Source of the DNA: Cystobasidiomycetes sp. EMM_F5
Taxonomy: Eukaryota
Length of the DNA: 64,000 nucleotides
NCBI GenBank assembly: GCA_051047955.1
Contig: JBPGPT010000011.1
Coordinates: 372,001-436,000 of the forward strand
Reading direction: 5' to 3'
The notes beneath the pieces were generated by a model, which saw only the letters and a list, made by a program, of their open reading frames with translations, did not search any database and was not told the DNA's origin. Positions 12,094 through 23,704 of the stretch are shown here, piece by piece (position 1 is the first letter of the stretch; each line of letters begins with the position of its first letter). Position numbers and translations under genes: made by a program.

Positions 12094-13880
12094 TTTGTTA
12101 ACCGAGCAGGCTATGTAGGCTAGGTCCAGGCTGATGAAAGTGGAAACTGTGCAGTGGCGACCACTGAGTCCCGATAAACGCGTGCCGGACACGCGTAAAG
12201 TACGGACGTCACGCTGCCGGTTGTGCGCCAAACCAGATAGCTATCGCTCGAAGTCGGAAGGCAGACCGTAACGCCTGGGAAGCCCTGATGTCCGATCCAA
12301 TATGCTGCGCATCAGTCAGCTTCGCGCACAGTCTGCCTAGTGCTTGCGATGCGAATGTCGGCCTTTCCAGATGGCTGGTCGAATTCGATACCGCAGCATT
12401 CCGCCCTCGCATCGCCTGTAAGCACGGAACAAGGCCAGAGCTTAGATTAGTTGTCTCGGAACAGCTTGACGGTGAGTCAAAAAGCGGTAACGGCTTCGAC
12501 TCCAGTGCGCCGGCGCCTCCGTCTACTACAAAACAGTCTCCGTCGGCGTAAAAGCGTACACACAGTCACAGAGGAACGGTTACATGCACTGTTGACATAC
12601 ATTATTATGAGCCTGACGCTCTTTCTCGCAACGTTTTGATGCGGTCTCCATCACATTGCACGAGCGGAGATTTCTCAATCTCATGTCAGCGTAAAACTGA
12701 CTTTGGTCTCGACCTAAATTGCCTCATCACAACCATAAGCACGCACTTTCGTCACGTTACACGAGTTGCGATCAAGTGCACCCTTTCCGCCATCCAGGCC
12801 GGCCAAACCGATGTACCGTAGCGGGGCGTAGTTTCGTTTGGTCAGCCCTGCCGTGATGCTGACGCTGATGAGCGGTCTCGTCGCTGACGAGGCGTGAGAA
12901 AAGCTTAGAGTAAAAATCAAAATCAGAAGAAAATCGACGCCCGGAAATTGACTGGGTCGTAAAGGGGAAATGAGAGATGCAAGTCTTTCCCTTCTCTCCG
13001 CTGATTCGCGACGCACTGCAAACAGCGTGCAGCTACCGACTGCAGGCGTGCGTTATCAGGGTTCTCGTCGGCCGTTGGCACTCAAGACACTCCGCTCATC
13101 ATCGAGATCTAAATCAGCGGCACTGACGGTGAATATGTCGGACAAAAAGACCCTTTCCCTTTAAGGTTGCGAAGGCGCGCTGACGACTCATCGCACTTCG
13201 CAGCTGGAATTGTCGCCATTAGACAAGCTGGCACACCCCTATGTAATTGGAGAGTCGTGGTCAGAGTGATCTTTTGTGAGCTTCAGCTTCCTGTGAGGAC
13301 AGCACTCGCTGACAAATCCGTTCACCTGCGCTGATATCGCGACCTTCTCGGTCCAGACCTGGACTGAATTCCGTCCTTCGTCATTGCCGTACGACGATTT
13401 CTCGTCAGTATTTCTCCGCTCCCGTCTCTCACTATACAGCTCCGAGATATGGCAAACTTCTAGTCGCTCGAGAAGTAAATGCAAACTCCGTTGACAGAAA
13501 CCCTGACGAAGTTACCTTCTTAAAACCAAGCGTAAGTCTCTTCCGCTCACCAGTCCCGTTCGCCCGTTCGGAACAGCACGGAAAAAGGTCGTGCGTCGAT
13601 AGCCTGCCTCTTGCCAGCGACCATGACGTGCTCCGCATATCAGCCAAAGTTGCTGTGACGAGATTCACTAATTTCAATTATCTCTTTCCTTTTGCCCAGC
13701 ACCGTCAAAGCATTTCTTTTGCCAAGTCTCGCTCAACCCAAATCGCGGAGACAGACTTCATAACAGTTCTTTGAAGCGGTAAGGGACTGCTCGCGCATCT
13801 TAAGATTTTCTCTACCTACTCACTGGCTGTCTCCACTCACCAATATTTATTCCGATTTGAAGCCTTGTTTCTCCCACATC

Positions 13881-15316
13881 ATGGATCCTTTTGACCGCCC
13901 TTCCTCGAGGAGCGGCTCTCGACGATACTCTACGGCTGGGGCTAGTCTTCCACCTCTTCCACCGCTCGACCTGTCGTCAACCTCATCCTACCGTCTGCCA
14001 CCTCCTCGTACTACAGGCTTTTTAGCTTCGACGCAAGACCACTTTTCGCCATACATGGGCACTCGCAATCCAGCCCCATCTCCCTCGTACTCCTCATCCG
14101 GCTATGGCTTTGATAGCCCGTACGGCTCTACTCAACTACCGCCGTTGCGTAACATTCCTCGACCCTCTAGTCCTTTGCTCAGTCCAAGGCAGAGAACCTC
14201 GACTCTGGGCTCCAGTGGATCGTTGGGACACTCATATGGTAAGCCGAATTTGTGTGCGTACGCTCAATCCTTTGACTTATGTTTGCACCTCCCAGAACCA
14301 CCAAGCCTCGGTAGTCTGTCCCTTGGCTCGTCTTCGGGCCTATATGGAGAAAGTAGCCTGCACAGACCTTCCACTTCACGCTCTCGCTCAACCCACAGCG
14401 ATGTTTTCTCCTCGCTCGGTCCATCGGATCTTGGCATGTCTAGATCCTATTCCGATCCTGACGGTTTTAGCCTCGGGCCACAAACAGCATCTTTGGCTGG
14501 TCCTACTCGCACCCGTGGCAGCAGCAGTAGCTTTGCTGGTGGTACCCTGAGTGCTCTGTCGCCACCTCTTACAAGCACCGGGGGCAATTCCCACGCAAGC
14601 AGAGGTATCCGCAAATTCTCCAAACGTACCACTTTCTCTCCGGCACAGCTCAATGAGATGGAGAGTCTTTGGTCCCAGACAGAGTATCCCAGCATCGAGC
14701 AGATTGACGAGTGTGCCAAGAAAGGTGATCTTTCGCCAAAGCAAGTTCGCACCTGGTGAGTTTTCAATCGCTTTCCCGGCTCGTTGCGAAGCTGACTGCG
14801 TATATACACGGCAGGTTCGGCAATACTAGACAGGCCCGCTTGGCTGGAACTCGTCGAGAAGCCAGACAGTCCCCCTTTCCAGGTCGTAGCAGACGCGATA
14901 CGTTATCCGTCTCGACAGCACCCCTCTTTTCACGCTCCGGCAGTATGAGCTCGGGATCTTCGCTCGGTGGCGCATCTGGCAGTGCAAGCCTTCCACCCTT
15001 AGCTCCTCTCCCTCTACTGAGTACTACAAGTCGAGGCAGTGGTAGCAGCAGTGCCTTTCCAGCTCCACTATCCAGCGGTTATGGTAGTCTAGGCATGCCT
15101 TCCGTATTCGCAAGTGCACCTTCACGTAGCCGCCGAAATTCCACTGTCGGCTTCGCAATGCCAGGCAGTTCTCTATCCGGCATGCCTTCCTTCTCGGACT
15201 TCTCTTCAGGCTTGTCTTCGTCTGGCGGCTCTTCCGGCTTCGGTTCTAGCGGCTCGAGCCTGTATCCTTCTGGTCCCACCCGCTACTCTGGCTGGCCAGG
15301 CGACGAGATGCGGTGA
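13881..15316 (+). CDS. Homeodomain transcription factor with Ser/Pro-rich flanks
   Basis: KRTTFSPAQLNEMESLWSQTEYPSIEQIDECAKKGDLSPKQVRTW/FGNTRQAR; intron 14756-14814 splits the helix-3 Trp codon. Confidence 0.88.
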
Positions 15317-15811
15317 CTCTTGCTTCATCGCTCTTATCATGCTGAAGCCTTGACACATAATACAACTATGGGCTACAGCATCCAATTCTTGTAGTACGCC
15401 TGCCACATCACGACATACATAGCGGATTCCGTAAAGCACAGCCACTGTCGCTTTGAATCCAAATCTGGGCAGAACAACGCCTTTGATTATCTTCTCAAAC
15501 TACTCCTAATCCACCAGTGCACATCTTGCGCCCGTGCACGGCAGCAAACACGGGGATCTGGCTATAATCCCAGCAGATTCTCTTTTTCATTCGCACAGCA
15601 ATATAGTACGAACAAGCGACACCCAAATTGGCTACTGAAATACCTCCTAATCTTGTGTAAGAACCCTTCTCTCGCCAGTACTGCTTTCGACGCCTGGTTG
15701 CGTGCGAAAGCCTGGCCTTGAGCGAATCATCATATTTTCTTCTCCTTTCTGTCGAGCCTGACTGCAACTTTGTAGGCTAGTGTTTTGCAAGTAGCTGCTC
15801 CAGTCCATGCA

Positions 15812-18800
15812 ATGCTGCTTCATCAAAGACTGCCTTGCCCGCGACCATATGATAACTACGCGGATAGCCGACCTTGCCACACTTCGAGTTGCGCATTATC
15901 GTTCGCAGATGTATGGGCTCGCCCATTTGACCTGCCAAAAGCTGAAACGACCTACAACTATGCAATGCATGGCGCTGACAACAGACATGCCCCCTCTGTG
16001 GGCAGTCGAGGCGGGGACAATGTGGACAATCTTGAGCTGACTGCGCCCGGCATCAACTACGGGAAATCTGCAATACATGCGCTCAATAATGAAGCTGGAC
16101 AGCTCTATAATGGAGCAAGTCAGGATAACATCAATGCAGGCCATAATAAGCCAACCACATCCGCCGTTCAGAAGAATATCGCGTTACCGAGACCCCCGGC
16201 TACGCCCACTGCGTATAAGAATCCAGACCAGCAGCTACATGTCGACCGTCGTGTATCCTCCGTCAACTTTGACAAACCTCTGCCGGCGTTTCCAATGCAC
16301 GAGTCGCCTGGCCGGCCTGCGCAAGCATTCGCACGTGCACTACATGGCTTTGGCATCATAGACGGCAAGGCGACACTGACAACCGCAACATGGACGCCCC
16401 GAATAAGTACGCAAAATATAGACGAAGCTCCCGCATTACCAGAGAAGCGTGTACTTCGTCACGATTCTACGACTTCCGTACGTCGCGTCAGGTCGTACGG
16501 AGATCTTTTGTCTTCGAGCAACGCACCGCGCGTGCCTTCGACATGGCAAGGCTCGTCGGATATGTCAAAGTCGTTGTCGGCAGGCCATTCGCTTGACGTC
16601 CACCCGACGCCTCAGCAGCAGGCGACAACCCAAATGCGAGCGTTGACGAAGAGAGCGTCTTCTGCGTTACTCAGAAGGCCTTCTTCAGCCAATCTCATGC
16701 ATGTCGATGCAATTGAGCACTCTCGAGCTGTCGGTACAGAGACTGCTCAAACAGCTGCAGTCGCTGCCGCACCGCTGAGCGTATCTTTCGCTATTCCTCT
16801 AGACGATCAGTCGACAACGCAGCAAACGCCGTCAGACAATGTATCGCACAATAGCCGCATGCGCAGACGCTCAAGCTTCTTCGGTCTTCCCGCGTTTCTC
16901 AGAGGAAAACCTAAGGATGTGGCTCTGCATCCGCAGGCTGGCAATACAGCGCACTCGATGGAGCAGCTGGGTAGTAACCTGCTCGATAACGATGCTGCTC
17001 ACACCCGGAATGTATTACAAAACTCCACCGAAAGACATGCTCCTCATCACGATCAAGCACACTCTCCTCCACATACACCCCCGGTTGCTTCACCATCAGT
17101 AGACAAATCCGGTCGTCGATTTTTCTCTATACCCTCCTTTTTCCGCTCCGCCTCCGCCTCTTCAACGCCTGTACATTCGAATTTCCCGTCCCGACCTGTG
17201 ACACCAGATAATACAACAAACACGACTCTGTCCGAGCAGGGTGGTCTGGTAGGCAATCGTTCAGCTTCCCAGCCAATCTCTATTCCGCGCCTGCCCAGCT
17301 TGGACACGTTATTTGCACCCGCTGACCACCTTGACCACGGCATGTTTGGTCATGGTGCAACTGGACAGCCGAGGCGCAATCGCGCAGATACCGCAGAGAG
17401 CGCACAAAGCGTGTATCTGTCAGCCATATCTTCGTCTCCCCTCCGTGAAAGCTCTTTGCCTTCCGACTTTGCAAAACTGGAAAATTCAGATGTTGAGAAG
17501 ACATTCCGCCTTGGGACCAGCGTATCTAACCCATATAGCCCAAATTCGAGTATGCCGGCTTCACCCGCACAAGCTCGCAGTCCGAGCGATCGACCATCAT
17601 TTGTTAGATCGCGTTCATCGAACAGTGTAAGTGGTACGCACTCCCCCTCATCTCCAGCAGCGGCACCATCGTCTCCCTCCCCGCTCATTACCCTGACGCC
17701 ATCACTCACTGCACAAGACCTTGATGCAACAGTGGAGAGTCCTCACCTATTGGAAAGTCCCAAGACATTGGAACTGCCGGAAGGAGGTTTGTACCCAAGT
17801 GGTCCATCAGTCCGCTTTTCCATTGGGTCCAGACGCGGTCGAGCTGGAAGTATGGGGTCCTCCTCACCGACACAGAGTGTGGTCATCGATGCCCCATCGA
17901 ATACGAGCGGAGCCAAAGCAGTCGCCATGCTGAAGCTGCGACGCCGGGCCAATACTGCTGGCTCTTCTTTCTTCGGTTCTACATCTTCCAGTCCAGTCTC
18001 GCCGTCCGATCCAGATACTCTTGAAGCTCGCACAATGCGTAATGTGTCATCATCTCGCTTGTCAGCGTTGTTTTCGCCTCAGGCATTGCTTGCGCCTTTA
18101 TCATCGCCATCTCCGTTACTGGATGGGCTGCAATCGTCTGTGAGGGAAGATAACGGGTCTGTTATTGTCAGTATGAAATTGAGTTGCCGCACTGCTCCCA
18201 TTGCTGACAATAACCTCAGCCGGAAAGGCGCAGCTTCAGTCCAGGTAATCGGAAATCGGGGTCGAGAAGTCGCAGCACATCGAATGCTGATCAAAAGGCA
18301 CGCGGCACGGTCATCCACCCCGCGGAAGGAGATACACCGGCTGTCTATCTCGAACGCCTTCGAAATGCTTGTCCGATCAGCGAAGTCGGCGGATTACTCG
18401 CCAGCGTGTAAGAGACGGCTCATACGTGACTGCAAATACAGGCTGATCTAGTTTGAATAGTGCCGACAATATTCACACGTCCACCTTGACTTTATTCATG
18501 CAAGATTTTAGTTTTGACGACATCCCGATTGACATTGCGTTGAGACAGCTATTACTCAAAGTCCGCCTCCCTCAAGAGACTCAACAGATCGATCGTCTGA
18601 TGCAGGCATTTGCCGAAAGATACAATGAATGCAATCCAAAGCTTTTCACATCGCCAGGTCCGTTGCGATTTTGAAGTACGGCTTTTTGCTTCGAATAATT
18701 GTTGATTCACTGTGTTCAGATCAACCATACATCCTCGCTTTTTCGATGATCATGCTACATACAGACGCCTTCAACAAGTCGAATAAACGCAAGATGTCGC

Positions 18801-20736
18801 GGGCGGACTACGTGAGAAATACTACGATTGAGGGTATTTCTCCGAATCTGCTCATAGTAGGATATATTGACAACGATAGTGAACTTATCTGACCACAATT
18901 TATGCGCACAGTATATATATGACAACATACTTGCCACACCGTTCGTTTACGCGGATGCGTGAGTCATCACGTCCCTGCTGCAAAGCCATCCCGCTAACAT
19001 ATACACATTCACAGAGAACTTGATCATACTGGCACTCACGTCCAACGCGGTGTAGAAATCGCCAGTCCGTCGAACAGTGTCAGCCTTGGCTCATCCCTGC
19101 CTCTCCGCAGCAAAGTCAACGTGTATCAGCTGATGGCGGCGGGCGAGCTTCCAAGTCATCGCATCGATATATCTTCTCTTATTCCATATAAAAGTACGTC
19201 CACGCATCTCCCAATTGGCGCTGGCTGAAACATAGGCTAGATCCCTTCACATACAGCGGCACAGTCTCGTTTTTCGATTGCAGTGCCTTGCATAGACGTT
19301 ATCTACAAGCAAAGTCCCTGGACATCTCGTCGCTACATCCTGCCACGCTGCAACCGCCTAACGACACTCAGACCGTGGCCATGGTCAAGACTGGGCTACT
19401 AGACTACAAGGATGATCTTGCTGAAGGAGGCAAGAAAGCTAGTGGGCGCAAATGGAAGACCTGCAGCGTCATCCTTACGCCGCAGCACCTCCTAATCTAT
19501 GTTCGTGCTGACTATGTACCGCATACAGCAATAGCTGATTTATTTCGTGCCTGAAGCATAATCGTCTCGTTAGCACGCTTTTGCAGGAACAACTGGCGGG
19601 CGGGAACAACAACATCATTGGTCAAAATTCCTTAGCGCTATCTCCGGACATCGATCCGGACGCGATATATCCACTCAAAAGCACAATTGGATTGTACGAC
19701 TATTCGTACAAGAAATACCCCCATGCTTTCAGGTTTTTGCGCTCCGATGGCTCTCAGATCTTGTTCCGTGCGGCGGACAACGATTCGCTCAACGATTGGA
19801 TAGCTCTCGTGAATTATGGAGCCACCCTGTCCACAGCGGCAGTGCCCCTGAGAAGCCATCAGTCAGCTGCTACTCCGGGAACTACCGATGATTCTGCTAC
19901 ACGGCCGCTGGTCTACAAGGCTGCGACGGTCCTTGGGCCTGTGCTTCCGCGACTTGGTACAGAACCCGAAGGCGAAGTGGATGAACTCGGCTGCTTGTCA
20001 AACGCAACCAAAGGATCTGCTGTTTCAACCACAATATTCGGCGCCCCTCACGAGCTCAGAAATACAGCAAAGCCGACGTCGCGAACCTCGCGCGAAGTGC
20101 TAATCACAGTCAGTTCAGCTCAGCTGTTGCATAGGGCGTGATGTAGTAACTGCTGAGTGATTTGCGCAGGCATACGTCACTCGACTCGAAACAGAGATCG
20201 AAGCGGAACAGGGCGAGCTCGCTATCTGCATGCGAGACGTGAAGCTTCTCTCTATACTTGTGCCGTTAACGCAGGCCACACGTCAGCGACTTATGCAGGC
20301 CGTGCTTCCCGCAGCGCAGCGGGTCAATGGCATCCGCCAGACTATTGTCAAGCTAGTATGTTACCGGGAGTGCCTACGCCGAGAGCTTCTCGCGGCGAAA
20401 GTGGTGAATCGGAAGCCGCAAGTAGACACGAACGAAGCAATGCAAGACGGACTCTCAACTTCGACGATGCTAGAACGCGCAACCTCTGGGGACGAAATCC
20501 GAACAGTTCGATGCGAATCACTATCCATACGCCGATCACTGACGGCGAATGTCACTGAAAATGGCAGCGTGCATTTTTACGCCTCTGTGGAGACGCCGAA
20601 TGCGTTCGGCCCGCTCGCGATGCGACCTCACTCTCCCCTCATATCGCCCACGAGTTTCACGACGGTTCAGGAGCGGTTTGACGAGGTTTCAGACGACGAC
20701 CTGTATCTTGAAGCAGAGCAGACGATACTTGCTTAG
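15812..20736 (+). CDS. Sec7-domain plus PH-domain Arf guanine nucleotide exchange factor (Syt1-like)
   Basis: PIDIALRQLLLKVRLPQETQQIDRLMQAFAERYNECNP, PYILAFSMIMLHTDAFNKSNKRKMSRADYVRNT; PH: KTGLLDYKDDLAEGGKKASGRKWK...LNDWIALVNY; long disordered N-terminus; start uncertain (15812 or 15965). Confidence 0.88.
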
Positions 20737-20887
20737 GCGTGAGCTTGTCAACAACAATACAACATGTCAATGAAGTCTACGTGTAGCATATGGACGTTGA
20801 ATAGATGTTAGGGCAGAAGTGTTTCGATTCACCTAGCCCTGTTGTTGTCACTTGTGCGCAGCTACAAAACTCGACAGAGCGAATTTT

Positions 20888-23593
20888 TTATGGGCTGGGA
20901 ACGTGCTGCAAAGCCCGCTCAACGTTGTCTGCTAAACGCCGAAGGCTTCCTGAGGGGCCGGGAACCAGCCCAACTGCCGCCATCTCGGTCAACACTTGCT
21001 GAGCGTGACGCATCTGACCTTTGCTGACTAGACCTTCCAGCAGAGCTTGCCAGACCCTTAAAGGCACACGTTCGGTGACGGACACCATCGAATCGGCGCC
21101 GTTGTCGACCAATTCGACCCCATTTACGGAGAAAGTCTGTCGCCGCCGCTTTAGGGCGCGATATGCGTTAAAGTAGCGCATTGCCTCGTCAAAATTATCG
21201 AAGGAGATGTGTGCGCACATTAGAGCGCTGTAAGCAATGCGATTCGATGGTACTTTGGCGTTCTGCATCTCGGTGTGAAGCTCCTCGGCTAGCTGGAGAT
21301 ACTGCGGGGTGTGGCGTAGTACGGCAAAATTTGCAAGGCCTTGTACAAGAGTCGTGTACGTAACCTCCGTTGGGCGGGCATGTGTAGGCTGCGGTGAGCG
21401 TGAGGTAGAATTCTGCATGTCGCGGAAGAGCTTAATTGCTGCGTGTAGTCCAGCAGGATCGCCCTCGTTGTGGCTCTTCTTTACAAGGAAGTCGATCATC
21501 GTTCCGAAAGTGACCACGTTGGGTTGAACACCAAACGATTCCATAATGGCGTGTACACTTTCGACTGCATTACTAGCACCAGCCCGCAGTAGGGCATCGA
21601 GAACAGTGGTAAAGGACACCACGTCTGGAACAAGCTTGAGCTCCTCAATGAGTTTGATTGTCGCTGACAGACCCTTCAAGTTGTGCGTTTTTGGTCTTGA
21701 ATAATACCTTAACAGGATATTGACGGTGTAGATATCCGGCGCGACGCCATATTCGCCCATTGATCTGAGGAACGTCATGGCAACTTCCGGCGAGTCGTTC
21801 CACAACAGGCCATTTATTACCACGTTAAAGAATCGCACCGGAAGCTGAGTCCGGTCGTTCTGATTGAACTTCCTGTCGGCCAATAGCGCTTGTGCGCATT
21901 GCAAACCCTCATCGTATCGGTTCGCGCGGAAGTAGGTGTTGACGAGGATAGACCAGCACACTGAATCCGGTTCTACACCAGTTTCTTGCATCTTATCAAA
22001 TGTCTGCCGAACTGCGTCTGGATTTCGCTGTTGCGACAGGCCATGGAGCAGACCAGTCCAAGTGATCACGGGAGGTTTCAGACCAAGAGACTGTAGAAAT
22101 TGGAAGACGGAGTCTGCATCCTGATTTGCACCATTATGGATGAAAGTATGTAGGAATTCGCCAGCTAGAGCTGGCGTGAAGTTTGCCGGCAATTTGGCGT
22201 TGGGCAGATCAATTGACACTCCTTCAGGTAAAGCGAAGTTGGAACTTGAATTCGTTTCATACCGGCTCCGGGAGGCTGTACTCGTATTATGGACTGTGGG
22301 GCTCAGCGCGTCGCTCTGCGCGAGCACGTTGGCCTCTCGCTCGGTCCAGTCTATGGTCATCCAGGCATCAGCAGGATTGAGTGGTGCCAAAGCTTCTCGA
22401 CAAAGTCGCCACATGTCATGAGCTGCTGCACTATTGCGCCGCTCTCTCCATCTCGCGCAAGCGGTCTTCAAACCTGCCTGTCCAGCTCGAAGCCAGATCT
22501 GCACGAGCCTCATTTGTGAACACCACCATGACAACCGTTCGCGCTGCTCATCGGATGATCCTTTTTGATTAGCAATCAATGGGAGTATGTACTCGTACGA
22601 CGCTTTGTCATGATACTTCTCCGGAACTGCAAAGTACGGCATGAGAGTCCTTATGAATTGCAGCAAAGCTCCTAGCGGGTGCGCTTGTCCCGCTTGCCCC
22701 GCTAGAAAGTGGGCTGCAAGAATAGACGCGAACAGGTCGTTTGATAGTTCAACGCGGTAGCGTGAAGCGTCCGTCCGAGGTCGCAGGCGGCCACACTCGG
22801 TAATGAACGCATTCCAGAACGAGAAGATGCGTTCGAGGGCGGAAGCCGATAGGTTGCTCCGCAAACTTTTCATTATCCATTGCGCGATTATGGAGTGGGA
22901 TTGCAATTCGACTTCGCGCATTGCGACGGGGACTAGTATAGACGATTTAATGTCATCCCAATCTCTTGCGAGAACGGCATCGTCGAGCTGCATCAGCAAT
23001 CTCACCATCGCTTCCGAGTGCTGAAAGTCGAGCTCTCTTTGCTTTTGTCCGTCGCGATGTAGCGCCGTCCATCCTGACAGAGCAGTGTGCCAGTCATCCT
23101 TAGCGAGACCGCGCAAGACTTTTCGAACATTGTCATCAGTCTCGGAGGAGGAGCCTGTTTTGTTGATATTCGAATCTTTCGGACTCAGCAGACCGCTCGA
23201 CGGTGGCTCGACCAGACTTGACGGACGCGGAAGTGACCCAAGGCGATGCAACTGCTGCAGAGCATCCGAGCCTCCGTAGTCAAAGCGAGGTAGCGGCACT
23301 CTTCTGCCTCGCTGCCCACCGGACGACGCCAATTTGGGTCTAGCTTGAGAATGCTTTGGGCTACGCTGCGAGCGGGCTTGGTGCGATACCTTGTTCGCAG
23401 GCTGAGACGAGCTCTCTGCAGGTCTGGTCTCGGAAGCTGCCGTTACATTTGACCGTCTTTCTGGCTGATAATGTATTGTCCTTGACCACGGTGGGCAGAG
23501 GAAATCGAGAAAGAGCGGGCCAGCATAGCTTATCGGAAGCAGAGACGGCGACAGACAAGCGCATCTTGCTTGCCGGAGCAGGTTTGGTCCCAT
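20888..23593 (-). CDS. Pentatricopeptide-repeat (PPR) protein, probably mitochondrial
   Basis: Intronless 901-aa ORF with tandem PPR motifs (PPVITWTGLLHGL, EPDSVCWSILVNTY, APDIYTVNILL, VPDVVSFTTVLDAL, QPNVVTFGTMID, PTEVTYTTLVQGL). Confidence 0.9.
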   Translation of the reverse strand: MGPNLLRQARCACLSPSLLPISYAGPLFLDFLCPPWSRTIHYQPERRSNVTAASETRPAESSSQPANKVSHQARSQRSPKHSQARPKLASSGGQRGRRVPLPRFDYGGSDALQQLHRLGSLPRPSSLVEPPSSGLLSPKDSNINKTGSSSETDDNVRKVLRGLAKDDWHTALSGWTALHRDGQKQRELDFQHSEAMVRLLMQLDDAVLARDWDDIKSSILVPVAMREVELQSHSIIAQWIMKSLRSNLSASALERIFSFWNAFITECGRLRPRTDASRYRVELSNDLFASILAAHFLAGQAGQAHPLGALLQFIRTLMPYFAVPEKYHDKASYEYILPLIANQKGSSDEQRERLSWWCSQMRLVQIWLRAGQAGLKTACARWRERRNSAAAHDMWRLCREALAPLNPADAWMTIDWTEREANVLAQSDALSPTVHNTSTASRSRYETNSSSNFALPEGVSIDLPNAKLPANFTPALAGEFLHTFIHNGANQDADSVFQFLQSLGLKPPVITWTGLLHGLSQQRNPDAVRQTFDKMQETGVEPDSVCWSILVNTYFRANRYDEGLQCAQALLADRKFNQNDRTQLPVRFFNVVINGLLWNDSPEVAMTFLRSMGEYGVAPDIYTVNILLRYYSRPKTHNLKGLSATIKLIEELKLVPDVVSFTTVLDALLRAGASNAVESVHAIMESFGVQPNVVTFGTMIDFLVKKSHNEGDPAGLHAAIKLFRDMQNSTSRSPQPTHARPTEVTYTTLVQGLANFAVLRHTPQYLQLAEELHTEMQNAKVPSNRIAYSALMCAHISFDNFDEAMRYFNAYRALKRRRQTFSVNGVELVDNGADSMVSVTERVPLRVWQALLEGLVSKGQMRHAQQVLTEMAAVGLVPGPSGSLRRLADNVERALQHVPSP

Positions 23594-23704
23594 TCAAAGT
23601 CGGTCAAGGAGAAAGAGGCCATAGACAGGTTGCGATACAGCAAAGTTACAACAACTCGGCGCGATAAATGACATGGGCTGTGGAATACCCAGACTGGACA
23701 CAAC

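Noticed and set aside
12094..15316. HD1/HD2 mating-type locus
   Set aside because: Only one homeodomain gene; no divergently transcribed HD partner is detectable in the upstream 1.8 kb
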